A stretch of 40,237 nt of DNA from an uncultured Bacillales bacterium. GTDB taxonomy: Bacteria; Bacillota_I; Bacilli_A; RFN20; CAG-826. Positions 9,618-17,920 of this stretch are shown piece after piece. The stretch's first letter is position 1; every line of letters begins with the position of its first letter. The translations under genes and the position numbers were made by a program. The notes under the pieces were generated by a model that did no database searches, was not told where the DNA came from, and saw only the letters and a program-made list of their open reading frames with translations. The DNA lies in the NCBI GenBank assembly GCA_946401755.1, contig CAMIVH010000001.1, positions 1 through 40,237 on the forward strand, in the 5' to 3' direction.

Positions 9618-10567
9618 TGTTTGAGGCGATCATCTCAAAGATTGAGCAATATGATTCGATAGTGATTTTCGGTCATCTTAATCCCGATGGTGATTGTTAT
9701 GGAAGCCAAATTGCTCTAAGAAACATTCTCAGAACGAGATATCCAGAAAAGAAAATCTACTGCGTAGGTAGTGGGTTAAAAAAGTTTTTTGATATTCTTG
9801 GCAAAATGGATGTTGTTTCTGATGAAATAATTGCCCAATCTTTAGCTATCGTTCTTGATAGCAATGACATCAATCGTTTGGAAGATAAAAGAGCGTGGAA
9901 AGCGCGTGATTTTGCCAAAATTGATCATCACATTGACACCTATACTTTCCATGAAGGTCCAGAGGTCATTGATGATACCGCCACATCAACTTGCGAATTG
10001 ATTTATCGCTTTGCGAAAGAAAACAATTTCGAAATCGATTTAATCGCTGGTAGCGCTCTTTATCTTGGTATGATGACTGATACCGCGAGATTCCAATTCG
10101 CTAATAACTTTGTCAGGATGTTCGAAATTGCCCGTGATTTATGTGATCTCGGTGTCGATCCAATCTTATTAAATAAGACAAACAATTTAGTTCCTGAAAT
10201 ATCAATAACCATTAAATCATTCATTTATAGCCACGTGAAAAAAGACAAACGTGGTATCATCTACGCTATTGCCACCAAAAAAGATAGAGAGCAACTCGGA
10301 GTCACTTCCGCTCAAATCTGTGCCAATACATCTTTATTAAGTTATGTCACAGGTTATCCGGTTTGGCTCATTGCCTCTGAAACCGATAATGGTGGTATGC
10401 AAGTAGAAATGCGTAGTAGCACCTTTGACATTCAAAAAATAGCCACACACTTTGGTGGTGGTGGTCATACATTTGCCGCAGGCTTTACTTATAAGAAGTT
10501 TGGTCCAGAAGTCATCAATGAACTTTTAGACTTACTCGCCGGTGTGGTGAAGAAAGGAAATGAATAG
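9617..10567 (+). CDS. nrnA: DHH/DHHA1 phosphoesterase, NrnA-like (nanoRNase / pAp phosphatase)
   Basis: DHH-family motifs GHLNPDGDCYGS, LDSND, KIDHH and GGGGH. The ATG overlaps the rpoE stop (TAATG). Confidence 0.85.
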   Translation: MFEAIISKIEQYDSIVIFGHLNPDGDCYGSQIALRNILRTRYPEKKIYCVGSGLKKFFDILGKMDVVSDEIIAQSLAIVLDSNDINRLEDKRAWKARDFAKIDHHIDTYTFHEGPEVIDDTATSTCELIYRFAKENNFEIDLIAGSALYLGMMTDTARFQFANNFVRMFEIARDLCDLGVDPILLNKTNNLVPEISITIKSFIYSHVKKDKRGIIYAIATKKDREQLGVTSAQICANTSLLSYVTGYPVWLIASETDNGGMQVEMRSSTFDIQKIATHFGGGGHTFAAGFTYKKFGPEVINELLDLLAGVVKKGNE

Positions 10568-11345
10568 AATGTGGGAAGAACAACTCCAAGCCGCGATTGA
10601 AGCGGGCGTAAAAGCCATTAAAGGTATATTAGAAATATACAATACCGACTTTTCCGTTGAAATCAAAGATGATAACTCTCCAGTTACTATGGCGGATAAA
10701 AACGCTGATAAGGTCATTAGAGAATATCTTCACGAAAAATTTCCAACATACGCTTTCTTAACAGAAGAAAGTACTGATGATATATCTAGATTAGATAACG
10801 ATTTCGTTTGGATTGTTGATCCAGTCGATGGCACAAAAGATTTTGTCGCTAAAGATGGTGGCTTCACCACAAATATTGCGCTTGCCTATAAGCATGAGGC
10901 AGTCGTGGGTGTTGTTGTCGTTCCTTTAACTGGTGAAATCTATTTTGCGGCCAAAGGTTTAGGTGCCTTCTACCGTAAAGACGGACTCACAAAACGCATA
11001 CACGTCAACGATAAAACTGAAAATATTACCGTTTATAAGAGTGTCTTCCATTCCAAGCCGGAAGAAGATGCGGTGATTGCAAAACACGCTGATAAAATCG
11101 CTAAAACTGAAAAGTGGGGCTCCGCTTTGAAAGCGTGTAGAATTGCCCAAGGTTTAGGCGAACTTACCTATCGTTTAAGCGATGGCACAAAAGAGTGGGA
11201 TACCGCTGCTAGTCAAGTCATCGTTGAACAAGCTGGTGGTGTATTTTTAACACCAAAAAAAGAACGCATGATGTATAACCGCACAGATGTACATAATCGT
11301 GAAGGTTATTTAATTTGTAATAGAATTGAAAATTTCTTGCTATAA
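10560..11345 (+). CDS. Inositol monophosphatase family protein (SuhB/CysQ-like phosphatase)
   Basis: Motifs FLTEES, WIVDPVDGTKDF and EWDTAA. Alternative start ATG 10569 has better SD spacing (GAAAGGA). Either start overlaps or abuts the nrnA stop at 10565-10567. Confidence 0.85.
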   Translation: MNRMWEEQLQAAIEAGVKAIKGILEIYNTDFSVEIKDDNSPVTMADKNADKVIREYLHEKFPTYAFLTEESTDDISRLDNDFVWIVDPVDGTKDFVAKDGGFTTNIALAYKHEAVVGVVVVPLTGEIYFAAKGLGAFYRKDGLTKRIHVNDKTENITVYKSVFHSKPEEDAVIAKHADKIAKTEKWGSALKACRIAQGLGELTYRLSDGTKEWDTAASQVIVEQAGGVFLTPKKERMMYNRTDVHNREGYLICNRIENFLL

Positions 11346-11410
11346 TATATTTGATTTACTAAACACGTAGGGTGTTAGATAAACATAATTTTTTCGGAGG
11401 AAATTTTTTC

Positions 11411-12244
11411 ATGAAAAGAAAACTAATTGCTATGTTAGCAGTTTTTGCTGCATTATCGTTAGCCGCTTGTAATGGTGGCGGCAACAAATCCACAGCAAAA
11501 CCAACTTCAAATTCTGGACAAAAAACGTCATCCAGTAAAAAAGAAAGTTGGGGCTCTTGGACAGTTGTTACTCCAGCAACATGTGGCGCGGAAGGTAAGA
11601 AGGAACGCGTGAGTGACGCAGGAAACAAGCAAGAAGAAGCAATTCCAAAACTCAAACAACACACTTGGGCTGATGATGGTGATGTCGCAGCAAGTAATGG
11701 TGGTGTTGCATACAAGAAAGTTAAATGTTCGGTTTGCCAAGCCAAAGGCCTTATGATTTCAACTGCTGAAAGCACACATACCGGCACACCAAAGAGTGCT
11801 CCAGAAGGCTGCATTAAATTAGGCAAAGACGGTGATACATTTGAAGTCAAATTCAATTTAGAAGAAGCTGTTACTGGTGTTCTTTATCAACGTGGTCGTA
11901 TGGACTATTGGTATGAAAGTTCCAACAATAACCAAGAAAAAGGTTATTACGATCAAAACAATGGTCATACAGACACCTCCACAGGTGTTGGCAACTTTAA
12001 AGTTGAAATCGGCTTAGAAGGTGCAATGACTGAGGTGAGTATCGCTGATAAGACAGCATTCAAATTTGCCGATGCCCTTCCAGAAGAAGGCGGTATAGAC
12101 TTTGGTGATCATAAGTGGTCTGCATTAGGCGACTGTGAGATCGGTGCTGTTTCATTATCCGCTGGTTTGAATACAATCAAATACACCAGAGTTGATAGTT
12201 ACAACTTAGCTGTTCACGATTTTGTGATTGTCTTAGCTGCTTAA
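11411..12244 (+). CDS. Lipoprotein of unknown function (Cys-containing motif plus a beta-sandwich-like C-terminus)
   Basis: Signal peptide MKRKLIAMLAVFAALSLAAC with lipobox LAAC, followed by a G/S/N/K-rich linker. The start was moved to ATG 11411, which has a GGAGGA SD 10 nt upstream, rather than the track start 11372. Confidence 0.8.
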   Translation: MKRKLIAMLAVFAALSLAACNGGGNKSTAKPTSNSGQKTSSSKKESWGSWTVVTPATCGAEGKKERVSDAGNKQEEAIPKLKQHTWADDGDVAASNGGVAYKKVKCSVCQAKGLMISTAESTHTGTPKSAPEGCIKLGKDGDTFEVKFNLEEAVTGVLYQRGRMDYWYESSNNNQEKGYYDQNNGHTDTSTGVGNFKVEIGLEGAMTEVSIADKTAFKFADALPEEGGIDFGDHKWSALGDCEIGAVSLSAGLNTIKYTRVDSYNLAVHDFVIVLAA

Positions 12245-12269
12245 TAGTAAAAACATTCTGAATTAATCA

Positions 12270-12299
12270 GGGAATCGATTTCGGTTCCCTTTTTCTTTT
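12270..12299 (+). terminator. Rho-independent terminator after lipoprotein gene 1
   Basis: Stem GGGAATCG (12270-77) / CGGTTCCC (12282-89) with one G.U pair and a 4-nt loop, followed by TTTTTCTTTT. Confidence 0.65.
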
Positions 12300-12338
12300 G
12301 AAACTTAAATGAACTTTAAGGTAACCTGAAAGTCATAA

Positions 12339-12366
12339 TGACTATAGATAGATAGTCACTTTTTTT
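12339..12366 (+). terminator. Second hairpin plus T7 tract upstream of the phosphatase lipoprotein (terminator or attenuator)
   Basis: Stem TGACTAT (12339-45) / ATAGTCA (12352-58) with a 6-nt loop, followed by C plus T7 (12360-66). Confidence 0.4.
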
Positions 12367-12411
12367 ATTTATTCAAAAGTAATAGAATGTTCCACAGAGG
12401 TATTAGATATT

Positions 12412-14085
12412 ATGAACAAAAAATATGTTTTAGGTTCGCTTCTTATCTTTACTTTAGCTGTGACTGGCTGCCAAACTGGTGGCAATAGTACTCCTAGTAA
12501 CAACCCAAGCAGCAACGGTAATAGTGAAAGTAGCATTATTCAACCTAGCAAAGACCCAGATGAAATCACTGGTGGTACATTTAATTTTAACGATGATGAG
12601 CTTAACACTGCTCAAGAAATTCACACCGCAAATCAACTCAAGTATTTAAATCTTTCCAAACCATACTACGAAATGACTAGTAGTGACTTAAATGCTTGTG
12701 ATGCTTATGGTAACAAAAACGTTTCCACTCCAGATCAAACAAAACTTGATTGGGAATTCACTGCTCCAGATGGCTATGAAGTGAAGAACTACACATTAGT
12801 CTTCTCTCAAAACGCTGACTTAAGTGATCCATATGTTGTTGAAGGTACAAAGGAAACATCAATTAGTTTCTATAACTCCTTCTTAGGCACAAACTACTTC
12901 AAGATTGTTGCTAACTTCACAACTGGCGGCAAACAATCAAGTGATGTTAAGACATTTAAAGTCACCGAACAAGCTCCAAGAAATTTATATGTTGGCAATA
13001 TGCCAAACTTCCGTGATATGGGTGGTAGAACAACCTATGCCGGTGGTAAGGTTAAACAAGGTTTAATCTACCGTGGTGCGGGTAATAACTTCGACCAAAG
13101 AGGTACCGCTCCAAACGCCGATGCACAAGATATTATGTTGAATCAATTAAGACTCAAAACAGAAATCAACGTTTCTAATAACACAGGCAACAACATTAAT
13201 TTAAGCGGCAACAACGTCGTAGATGCTTTCATGGCCTTCGGTGCAGTTCCATATTCCAACTTAGCTAGAAACTCTGTCAGAATTAGACAAGTTATGGACG
13301 TCTTAGCGGATGAAAGTAACTACCCTGTCTTCTATCACTGCCGTATCGGTACAGATAGAACTGGTATTACAGGCTTCATGATTAATGGTTTACTTGGTGT
13401 TCCATTCAATGAATGCGTCCAAGATTATGGTTTCTCAAACTTTGCTCCAATTGATAACCAAAGATATCCACATAAAACAGATGATAAAAATGGTGACGAT
13501 ATCGCTAAATATCTTGATGAATTATTAGCTTTACCAGGTGAAACATTCCAAGAACAAGTTTATCTTGCTCTTCGCATGATTGGTGTTCCAGCTGCTAAAT
13601 TAGACAAGATTATCGATATCATGACATATGGCACAAAAGCGACAATCCCAGCCACCGCCAAAATCGGCGAAGGTGACGGTTTAACTTCTGATGCCACAAA
13701 GTCAACAAGTTCTGACTATAAGGCACCTGCTACATATTATGCTATGAGCAGTGGCAAAAAAGTCAGCTTCAAAGCAACCACAACCGCTGGCAAAAAAGAT
13801 GTCATTGTTTATATGGGCTACACTGGTAATGTCTCAAATAACAATAACCAAGCTAAATTATCTGCTTCCATTACCTTAAAAATTGATGGTGTTGAACAAA
13901 CAATTTCCAGTACAAAGAACTTATGGACAGCTGGCTTTGGTGCAACTCAACAAGACACTAGAATCGGTTACATGTTCAATATCTTAGGCAACTATGATTT
14001 CACTGCCGCTGAACACACAGTGGAAATCAGCTCTAAGAATGGCACATTCAACGTTGGTTCTATTACCATCGCTGATCGCGCTTAA
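12412..14085 (+). CDS. Lipoprotein with a tyrosine/lipid phosphatase domain (Y_phosphatase3-like, CX5R)
   Basis: Signal peptide with lipobox LAVTGC and an S/N-rich linker. Carries an NFRDMGGR motif and the P-loop HCRIGTDRTG (13336-13365). An Fn3-like segment lies N-terminal and a beta-sandwich-like domain of about 150 aa lies C-terminal. Confidence 0.82.
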   Translation: MNKKYVLGSLLIFTLAVTGCQTGGNSTPSNNPSSNGNSESSIIQPSKDPDEITGGTFNFNDDELNTAQEIHTANQLKYLNLSKPYYEMTSSDLNACDAYGNKNVSTPDQTKLDWEFTAPDGYEVKNYTLVFSQNADLSDPYVVEGTKETSISFYNSFLGTNYFKIVANFTTGGKQSSDVKTFKVTEQAPRNLYVGNMPNFRDMGGRTTYAGGKVKQGLIYRGAGNNFDQRGTAPNADAQDIMLNQLRLKTEINVSNNTGNNINLSGNNVVDAFMAFGAVPYSNLARNSVRIRQVMDVLADESNYPVFYHCRIGTDRTGITGFMINGLLGVPFNECVQDYGFSNFAPIDNQRYPHKTDDKNGDDIAKYLDELLALPGETFQEQVYLALRMIGVPAAKLDKIIDIMTYGTKATIPATAKIGEGDGLTSDATKSTSSDYKAPATYYAMSSGKKVSFKATTTAGKKDVIVYMGYTGNVSNNNNQAKLSASITLKIDGVEQTISSTKNLWTAGFGATQQDTRIGYMFNILGNYDFTAAEHTVEISSKNGTFNVGSITIADRA

Positions 14086-14120
14086 AAATCATTTAAAGCA
14101 AAACCTTTGCTAAAAAATGA

Positions 14121-14156
14121 CCCTCTATGGCACAATAACCTTAGAGGGTTTTATTT
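14121..14156 (+). terminator. Terminator-like hairpin after lipoprotein gene 2, abutting the AKR start codon
   Basis: Perfect 7-bp stem CCCTCTA (14121-27) / TAGAGGG (14142-48) with a 14-nt loop, followed by TTTTATTT and then ATG 14157. Confidence 0.5.
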
Positions 14157-15014
14157 ATGAAAGAATTTGTTTTATCCAATGGTGTAAAAGCACCTGCTTT
14201 AGCCTATGGCACATGGTTAATTAAAAATGAAGATGCTGCTAGATGTGTAAAGATGGCACTAGAGGCTGGTTATCGTCATATCGATACCGCACAAGCCTAT
14301 GGTAACGAAGAAGGCGTTGGACAAGGTATTAGAGAGTCTGGTCTTAAAAGAGAAGAAGTCTTTATTACATCCAAAGTAAAAGCAGAACTCAAATCCTATA
14401 AAAAGGCTAAAGCTTCCATTGATGAATCTCTTAAGAAATTAGGCGTTGATTACATCGATTTAATGCTTATTCACTGCCCACAACCATGGGCCTTATTTAG
14501 AGGACCATTTAGATACTTCAAGCAAAACATTCAAGTCTGGAAAGCAATGGAAGAAGCATACAAGGATGGCAAAATCCGAGCGATAGGTGTATCGAATTTC
14601 CTTGTCGATGACCTTGAAAACATCATCAATAACTGTGAGATAAAGCCAATGGCTAATCAGATCCTTTTACACATCGGTGAGACCCCGGTTGATGTTATTA
14701 AATTCTGCCAAGAAAACGATATTGTGGTTGAAGCTTATTCCCCAATCGCTCATGGTAAAGCGCTCAATAACGACGCTATTAAAGCAATGGCGGATAAATA
14801 TAAGGTTTCAGTCCCTCAACTCTGTATCAAATACACATTACAATTAAATACAATCTCTATTCCAAAAGCATCTAGCAAAGAACATATTGAAGATAATATG
14901 AAACTAGGCTTTGAAATCGCTGAAGAAGATATGATTGAACTTATGAAACTCAACCGTATCGACTATGGTTCTGATGCATTTTGGCCAGTATTTAGCAAGA
15001 AGAAACAAGGATAA
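14157..15014 (+). CDS. Aldo/keto reductase (2,5-diketo-D-gluconate / glyoxal reductase-like)
   Basis: The AKR catalytic tetrad context is present: GYRHIDTAQAYGNE (Asp, Tyr), ITSKV (Lys) and LMLIHCP (His). Size is 285 aa. Confidence 0.9.
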   Translation: MKEFVLSNGVKAPALAYGTWLIKNEDAARCVKMALEAGYRHIDTAQAYGNEEGVGQGIRESGLKREEVFITSKVKAELKSYKKAKASIDESLKKLGVDYIDLMLIHCPQPWALFRGPFRYFKQNIQVWKAMEEAYKDGKIRAIGVSNFLVDDLENIINNCEIKPMANQILLHIGETPVDVIKFCQENDIVVEAYSPIAHGKALNNDAIKAMADKYKVSVPQLCIKYTLQLNTISIPKASSKEHIEDNMKLGFEIAEEDMIELMKLNRIDYGSDAFWPVFSKKKQG

Positions 15015-15039
15015 AGAAAACAACTTAATTCAAAAATAT

Positions 15040-15067
15040 TTGAATAGTTGTTATACAAGCGTAAAAT
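15040..15067 (+). promoter_or_regulatory. Sigma-A-type promoter for glnS
   Basis: TTGAAT (15040-45), a 16-nt spacer, then TAAAAT (15062-67). This leaves a leader of only about 12 nt containing the GAGGA SD. Confidence 0.4.
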
Positions 15068-15085
15068 ATCTCCGAGGACTTTTTT

Positions 15086-16726
15086 ATGGAAGAAATTAAC
15101 AACTTTATCAAAACAATCATGGAAAAAGACTTGGAGGAAGGTCGTGTCAAAAGTATCGTTACACGTTTCCCTCCTGAACCAAATGCCTATTTACACATTG
15201 GTCACGCTAGAGCGGTTATCAATGACTTTGAACTTGCAAAAGCATTCGGTGGTTACACCAATTTAAGATTTGATGATACTAACCCAGTTAATGAAGGCGC
15301 TGAATATGTCCAAGCCATTATTAACGATATTAAATGGTTAGGCTATGAACCAAAGAACATCTTCTTCGGTAGTGATTATTTTGAAGAGCAATACCAAAGA
15401 GCTATTCTTCTTATTAAAAAAGGCTTAGCGTATGTTGATGATCTAAACGCTGACGAGATTACTGCTTACCGTGGTACATTAACTGAACCAGGAAAAGATT
15501 CTCCATATAGAAATAGATCAATTGAAGAAAACTTAAAATTATTCCAAGAAATGCGTGATGGCAAATATGGAAATGGTGAGAAGACATTAAGAGCTAAAAT
15601 CGATATGGCTTCCCCAAATATTAATATGCGTGACCCAGTCATGTATCGTATTTTACATGTCCCACATCATAGACAAGGCGATAAGTGGTGCATTTACCCA
15701 ATGTATGACTTTGCTCACCCATTACAAGACGCAATTGAAGGTGTCACCCACTCATTATGTTCCTTAGAATTCGATAACCATCGTCCTTTATATGATTGGT
15801 TTGTTGAAAAATGTGAAATGCCACATGTCCCACATCAATATGAATGGGGCAGATTAAATATTACTAATACAGTGATGTCCAAGAGATATCTCCGTCAATT
15901 AGTCGATGGTGGTTACGTCGATGGTTATGATGACCCACGTATGCCAACATTAGTCGGTTTAAAGAGAAAAGGTTTAACACCAGAAGCGATTAGAAACTTC
16001 ATCCTTTATACTGGCTTATCAAGAATCAACAGCACCACAAATGCGGAAAATCTTGATAACTTCCTTAGAGAAGAATTAAAACTTAAAGCTACTCGTCCAA
16101 TGGCGGTCCTTAATCCATTAAAAGTGGTTATCGATAACTATCCAGAAGGACAAATTGAATATTGTGATGCTTCTAACAACATGGAAAATGAAGAGTTAGG
16201 CCATCGTCAAATTGCTTTCGGTAAATACTTATACATCGAAAGAGACGACTTCATTGAAGAAAAACCAAACCGTAAATGGAAGAGATTATCCGTTGGTGAT
16301 GAAGTCCGTTTAATGCATGCTTATTTCATTAAATGTAATAGTGTAGTTAAAGATGATAATGGCAACATCGTTGAAATCCACTGCACATATGACCCAGAAA
16401 CCAAATCTGGCAGTGGTTTTGATGCCCGTAAACCAAACGGCACAATTCACTATGTTGAAGCCACTACAGCCTTACCAGCCACATTTAATCTTTATGAACC
16501 ATTAGTGTTTGATGAAACTGAAGAAACAAAAGGTCAATCATTCATTGAAAGATTAAATCCAAACTCTTTAATTAAGCTTGAAGGTTTCGTTGAAGCGTCC
16601 TTAAAAGACACCAAACCATTAGATCATTTCCAATTCATCAGAACCGGCTATTATTGCACTGATAAATTATCCACAAGTGAGCACTTAATCTTTAATAGAA
16701 CCTGCCCACTCAAATCTTCTTTCTAA
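15086..16726 (+). CDS. glnS: Glutamine--tRNA ligase
   Basis: [16 protein letters not shown] (HIGH), NLRFDDTNP and VMSKR (KMSKS). The N-terminus is collinear with E. coli GlnRS as I recall it. Size of 546 aa fits GlnRS rather than GluRS. Confidence 0.9.
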   Translation: MEEINNFIKTIMEKDLEEGRVKSIVTRFPPEPNAYLHIGHARAVINDFELAKAFGGYTNLRFDDTNPVNEGAEYVQAIINDIKWLGYEPKNIFFGSDYFEEQYQRAILLIKKGLAYVDDLNADEITAYRGTLTEPGKDSPYRNRSIEENLKLFQEMRDGKYGNGEKTLRAKIDMASPNINMRDPVMYRILHVPHHRQGDKWCIYPMYDFAHPLQDAIEGVTHSLCSLEFDNHRPLYDWFVEKCEMPHVPHQYEWGRLNITNTVMSKRYLRQLVDGGYVDGYDDPRMPTLVGLKRKGLTPEAIRNFILYTGLSRINSTTNAENLDNFLREELKLKATRPMAVLNPLKVVIDNYPEGQIEYCDASNNMENEELGHRQIAFGKYLYIERDDFIEEKPNRKWKRLSVGDEVRLMHAYFIKCNSVVKDDNGNIVEIHCTYDPETKSGSGFDARKPNGTIHYVEATTALPATFNLYEPLVFDETEETKGQSFIERLNPNSLIKLEGFVEASLKDTKPLDHFQFIRTGYYCTDKLSTSEHLIFNRTCPLKSSF

Positions 16727-16768
16727 AACCAAAACTTACAAAAAGTTTGAAAAAATGACATAATATTA

Positions 16769-17269
16769 ATGTATATGTCAGATTTTAGTGTGAATGATGA
16801 AGTTATCCACTGCCGCGAAGGTCTCTCCACAATTATTGGGAGCAAGGAAATGAACGGCAAAGAGTATTTTCTTGTGCAAGTAAATCGTATCAGTGGTGAA
16901 ACTTTCTATGTTCCAGTAGATTCTGCTGATAATATCATTCGTCATATTATGAATGTTAAAGAAGCTGATGAACTTCTTAAACTAGTTAAAAAGATTGGCA
17001 AAGATTTCAATACCAATACAAAACAAAGAAGAGATGCATATAAGAAGAGATTATCTTCTGGTGATGTCAAAGACATTGCTTATTTATACCGCCAATTATT
17101 CTTCTATAACAAGTTAGGTGAAGACAATGGTGAGATTAAATTAGGTCCTGTTGATTTGGATATGCTTAACTACGCTAAAAACATGTTATTAGATGAATTA
17201 GCAATTACTTATAAGCAATCAAGAGAGTCTGTTGAGAAATATGTTGAGGAAAAAATCTCCTCTTTATAA
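16769..17269 (+). CDS. CarD/CdnL-family transcriptional regulator (RNAP-interacting domain)
   Basis: N-terminal FSVNDEVIHCREGLSTIIG...EYFLVQV...FYVPV matches the CarD_CdnL_TRCF pattern. Start could be ATG 16769 or 16775. No SD is visible. Confidence 0.75.
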   Translation: MYMSDFSVNDEVIHCREGLSTIIGSKEMNGKEYFLVQVNRISGETFYVPVDSADNIIRHIMNVKEADELLKLVKKIGKDFNTNTKQRRDAYKKRLSSGDVKDIAYLYRQLFFYNKLGEDNGEIKLGPVDLDMLNYAKNMLLDELAITYKQSRESVEKYVEEKISSL

Positions 17270-17920
17270 GTTAACCCACTTTAATAATTGATTATATAGT
17301 TCATCAATAGAAGAAATGGTTGTGTCGTTAGGACACATTTTTTCTAGTTCTTCTTTAGTACGATAGCCATAGTTAACTAATAGGTATGGTAGTCCAACAT
17401 TGGTAGCGCTTTCTTTATCTACATTAGTGTCACCAATATAGAGACATTCATCTTTATTTATATTATTTTCCTTAATTATTTTATTAATAAGATATGGATC
17501 AGGTTTCTTAGGATGATCTAGGTATGAACCTTGAACAATGTCGAATAATCCTGGATACTCTTTAGTAATGATTTTATTAGTAAGGTCATTGTCTTTATTA
17601 GAGACCACCGCAATGGTCACTTTTCCCTTGAGCTCAGAGAGCATTTCCTTCATACCAGGATATGGTTTTGTATAGTCGGCATAATGGGATAGATAATAGG
17701 CTTTGAATACATCAAATACCTTTTGTCTTTCCTCATCAGATAAGGAGGATGGGGTACACCTTTTAATTAAAATAGTAGTGCCGTTTCCAATAGCTTTTCG
17801 GACGAATTCTAGGTCCTTTTCAGGCAGATTATAAAAATTTAACGCGTGATTTACAGCGTTTTTCAAGTCTACGAGTGTATCTAGGATGGTGCCATCTAAG
17901 TCAAAAATAAGTGTTTTCAT
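17264..17920 (-). CDS. HAD-superfamily hydrolase (phosphoglycolate phosphatase / PpaX-like)
   Basis: HAD motif I FDLDGTILDT, motif II VVSNK and motif IV GDTNVD. The ATG overlaps the upstream sirtuin stop (TAATG on the minus strand). Confidence 0.85.
   Translation of the reverse strand: MKTLIFDLDGTILDTLVDLKNAVNHALNFYNLPEKDLEFVRKAIGNGTTILIKRCTPSSLSDEERQKVFDVFKAYYLSHYADYTKPYPGMKEMLSELKGKVTIAVVSNKDNDLTNKIITKEYPGLFDIVQGSYLDHPKKPDPYLINKIIKENNINKDECLYIGDTNVDKESATNVGLPYLLVNYGYRTKEELEKMCPNDTTISSIDELYNQLLKWVNL

Noticed and set aside
11359-11856. 165-aa minus-strand ORF overlapping the 5' half of lipoprotein gene 1
   Set aside because: The plus-strand frame has a textbook SD, signal peptide and lipobox. 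The antisense product is low-complexity with no start context. It is most likely an open antisense frame produced by codon bias.
15015-15085. Possible T-box leaders upstream of glnS (and of argS)
   Set aside because: The glnS spacer is only about 70 nt, and argS has no spacer at all. T-box leaders need about 200 nt or more with a specifier loop and the conserved T-box sequence, and neither is present.
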